A stretch of 64,000 nucleotides of DNA from Candidatus Thorarchaeota archaeon. GTDB lineage: Archaea; Asgardarchaeota; Thorarchaeia; Thorarchaeales; Thorarchaeaceae. Shown here piece by piece: positions 61,258 through 64,000 of the stretch. The notes under the pieces are model-generated. The model did no database searches, was not told where the DNA came from, and worked only from the letters and a program-made list of their open reading frames with translations. The stretch covers positions 1 to 64,000 of the forward strand of contig SDNP01000017.1 in NCBI GenBank assembly GCA_004524445.1, read 5' to 3'. Each line of letters opens with the position of its first letter. The first letter of the stretch is position 1. The position numbers were made by a program, and so were the translations under genes.

Positions 61258-62607
61258 TTAGACCCGATTTATGGGATTATTTTTCATTATTTCCCTCATT
61301 ATTATGGTTGCGTAAGAGCCCTTTATTATACTGAAGGAAAGATCGAGAGATTCATCTCTGCATTCTACTTTGAGATTGGGAACTTTTATTGAAACAAGAC
61401 GAAGTCCTCCAGCAGAGTCAAGTTGCTTTCGTTCCGGATTTCGGAAGTCAATAAGTCGAATTCCTTCTTTCTTTAGCACCACTCTCAACAACTTAGATGG
61501 TTTTCCTGGCGGCAACTTTGTTGAATATCCGGGAATATGAGCTGCAAGACCGTATTCTCCAGTTTTCACGAGTTTTCTTCTCTCATCTAGACTTCGTTCA
61601 TTTACGTACAACCATTGGTCTCGCCCAGAATGAGTCATATCTTGCTTAACAATGAAGTCACCAATCTGAGGGGTTTCTATTGATAGACCTCTTTTAGCCC
61701 GAAGACTGATGAGTCGATTGAAGATGAAGGATTGATATGCGTGAACAAAGAAAGCCTGCATGCGCGACGGAATACGGAAAAATGCCTTTTCATACTCTCC
61801 CGGGTGATTCATCAAGTACTCTATGACTTTGCGTTCATATCGAAAATCACTAGGGAGTTCTTCCAGTAGACTCTCATCCAAGTTCCCGGAGGCAATCTCT
61901 TCTCTTAGAGCTGTAATTTCTTCCGATTCATAATCGCTTGTTGTTGAGAGCATAAAGGATATGGCTTCTTCGAAGTCGTTTTTTAGAAGTGCCTTACCTA
62001 CCAGATGGGTGAATGGGCGAACGACGCCAAATCTCTGGACACCGTAATAGTTCAACAGACTTGTCGCTCTCAAGGAATTGATTTCATTCAATCTCTCTTC
62101 ACAGGGAGAATCCATCTCTCTCAGTACAATCTTGAAGCGGTTTCCCCACAAGTCGCCAATATGAAGCTGCGCTCGTGAATACTCGGGGTCTCTTAACCAT
62201 ATATCGTATAATTCGAGAGCACCCAGTTTCTCAAATTGACTGCCGGGAATACACATACGCTGTGAGGTTATTGCTCTCTTGTCTTTGAGCCCAGCATGGG
62301 TTACCAAGTAACGTGGAATACCAAGCGAACTTGCCAAGATACTTGCGACATCGAACGTTGTCAATCCCATTTTTTGAACTGTAAAATGTATATGTTTGGT
62401 ACTGTCTTCGGGGTTTCTAGGAACCTGTTCATTGATAGGAGGCAGTGTGTTTGGATCGTTCAAAACCTCAAGGATTTTTCCACTAGGGGTAATCTCTTCA
62501 ACAATGAAGTCTGCATATCGGTTTTTTATCGAGCCACCCAGGCCTGACCAAGAGGTGCTATACAGTTCAATGCCCAAAGTTTTCTCGATTGGGAATGGGG
62601 TCTCCAT
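61258..62607 (-). CDS. truD: tRNA pseudouridine(13) synthase
   Basis: DFIVEEI, AGLKDKRAITSQ, NYYGVQRFG, GSYAT. Confidence 0.95.
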   Translation of the reverse strand: METPFPIEKTLGIELYSTSWSGLGGSIKNRYADFIVEEITPSGKILEVLNDPNTLPPINEQVPRNPEDSTKHIHFTVQKMGLTTFDVASILASSLGIPRYLVTHAGLKDKRAITSQRMCIPGSQFEKLGALELYDIWLRDPEYSRAQLHIGDLWGNRFKIVLREMDSPCEERLNEINSLRATSLLNYYGVQRFGVVRPFTHLVGKALLKNDFEEAISFMLSTTSDYESEEITALREEIASGNLDESLLEELPSDFRYERKVIEYLMNHPGEYEKAFFRIPSRMQAFFVHAYQSFIFNRLISLRAKRGLSIETPQIGDFIVKQDMTHSGRDQWLYVNERSLDERRKLVKTGEYGLAAHIPGYSTKLPPGKPSKLLRVVLKKEGIRLIDFRNPERKQLDSAGGLRLVSIKVPNLKVECRDESLDLSFSIIKGSYATIIMREIMKNNPINRV

Positions 62608-62617
62608 AGATTGTCAC

Positions 62618-62986
62618 TCACAGAAGCCTGAGATGACCTGTCAATCTGTCAATCTCTTCAGACTTGGCGGGCCCGATACCAACTACTGTAGCAGTGCCTG
62701 AGGGAAGCTCTGTTAGTCCTGCATCTTTGACCAGTGCATATGGTAGACCCATATTATTTGCACCACGAACAAGCTCGATGAGTTCCTCTTCCGACTCCAC
62801 TTTCACTGCAACCTTCTTCTGACCCTCTCTCAGCCATGCCTTGTAAATATCCTGTTTCATACTGCGTGTACGTTCACCCGCGCTGACCGCACCATGTGCG
62901 ACTTGGACTGCAGTCTTTCCTGAACTCATGTCTAAGTCAGTTCTTACAGCAATTACCTGCTTATACGTAAATGACCTATATTTCAT
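62618..62986 (-). CDS. pth2: Peptidyl-tRNA hydrolase 2
   Basis: VRTDLDMSSGKTAVQVAH, DAGLTE, GIGPA. Confidence 0.95.
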   Translation of the reverse strand: MKYRSFTYKQVIAVRTDLDMSSGKTAVQVAHGAVSAGERTRSMKQDIYKAWLREGQKKVAVKVESEEELIELVRGANNMGLPYALVKDAGLTELPSGTATVVGIGPAKSEEIDRLTGHLRLL

Positions 62987-63808
62987 TGGGGACAATCTTC
63001 CTATCACGTTCTTCGTTTGGAAAGAGATGCAATATCTCCTGTTTCCTAGTCTAACTGTCCAATAAAAGTGTTAGATTTTTCCCAAATATTCCCTCATACT
63101 AAAGTAACAGCAGACATGAATGAGGGCAACAAATCCTTTTTCATTCCTGAATCCTAAATCATCCAATTCATTTAGGTCGGTTAGTCAGGGATGAATTCAG
63201 ATCTAACACTTGTCCTCTGACCAAGTAACATCGCGAAAGAGTCCATGCGCCGGATTGACATTGTGAATATTCTGATAAAGTCCACCACCGACAAGCCCGT
63301 TTTCTCCGTTGTGGATAACAGTCATCCCCAGTCCACCACAATCCTCTCATTGAACGTCAGAATACCTGAATCTATCCATTTCCCGCGGACACGAGTGCAT
63401 TGCCCAAGAGAATAAGAGGACAGACAATCATGATTATGCCCAAAGAATTAGAAAACGTCTGTCCCCTGCTTTAGGCAAGTCCAAGCCCCATATTGATAGC
63501 AGCGCTATTTCGGGCTAGCGCAAATCTTTCAATAGGGAACGGGATACAACCAGTGAATATGGATCCGTATGTATCACTGGCGGACACATAGTATTGGCAT
63601 GTCATGTGGCATATTAACAAATCCCAATGAGCTCTAAAAAAAGTGAGATCCATAACATGCTCACGGTCTATCCACTCTGCGCGTCACCACGTAAGCAAGA
63701 AAGACAGGGCTGTGCCAATGCCGATTGTGGAGTCAAGCTGCGAGTCGAGCCAAAGGCTCTGAACTGGTGGATGTTTTACCCTGCATGCGATGGCTGGGCA
63801 AAGCTTGA

Positions 63809-64000
63809 GGAATAGTGAAAAAGCGATCTTTTGTTGTGGTGTTCGCAATCCCCGTTGGAAAACTCGAATTCAAGACCATCATGGATAGAATCTCAGAGGT
63901 ACAGTAGAAAATTGGAGCGAAGCGTTTGGTGTTAAATTCAGTGGCCGCGTTCCTTAACGATTTGGGCTTACAGGAAAGAAGAGAAGCAGTGATGAAGCTT
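63809..64000 (+). pseudogene. Decayed KaiC/RAD55-like ATPase fragment
   Basis: IMDRISEVQ*KIGAKRLVLNSVAAF resembles the AKRVVIDS block; in-frame TAG at 63905. Confidence 0.35.

Noticed and set aside
1-64000. CRISPR array, rRNA, transposase or integrase
   Set aside because: No repeat-spacer periodicity or recognisable motifs seen

Overview
Gene-dense 64 kb archaeal chromosomal segment, most likely from an Asgard archaeon (Thorarchaeia-like; inferred from two tandem profilin-like genes, eL38, unfused eL40, Alba, NusA-like, PAC2, Pth2 and an intron-containing tRNA-Val). Roughly 1-31 kb is accessory or variable: C13 peptidase, SatD/SatE-like pair, two MacB/LolCDE-type ABC systems, MFS transporters, a secreted EEP/LTD nuclease, a Cys-rich NosL/DUF4418/ABC cluster, methyltransferases and gene remnants. 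35-48 kb is a seven-gene MoxR/DUF58/DUF4350/DUF4129 operon led by a 2056-aa Ig-repeat surface protein whose transglutaminase-like domain lacks all three catalytic residues. 48-63 kb is mostly housekeeping. The best unexplained signals are (i) an unannotated mini-operon of two paralogous 26-35 aa peptides ending in YxY..RR, with its own promoter, operators and terminator, divergent from a wHTH regulator; (ii) the pseudo-transglutaminase/MoxR surface system; (iii) a catalytically dead Ski2-like helicase with a SWIM finger. No CRISPR array, rRNA or transposase was seen. All family calls come from motif recognition by eye, not database searches.
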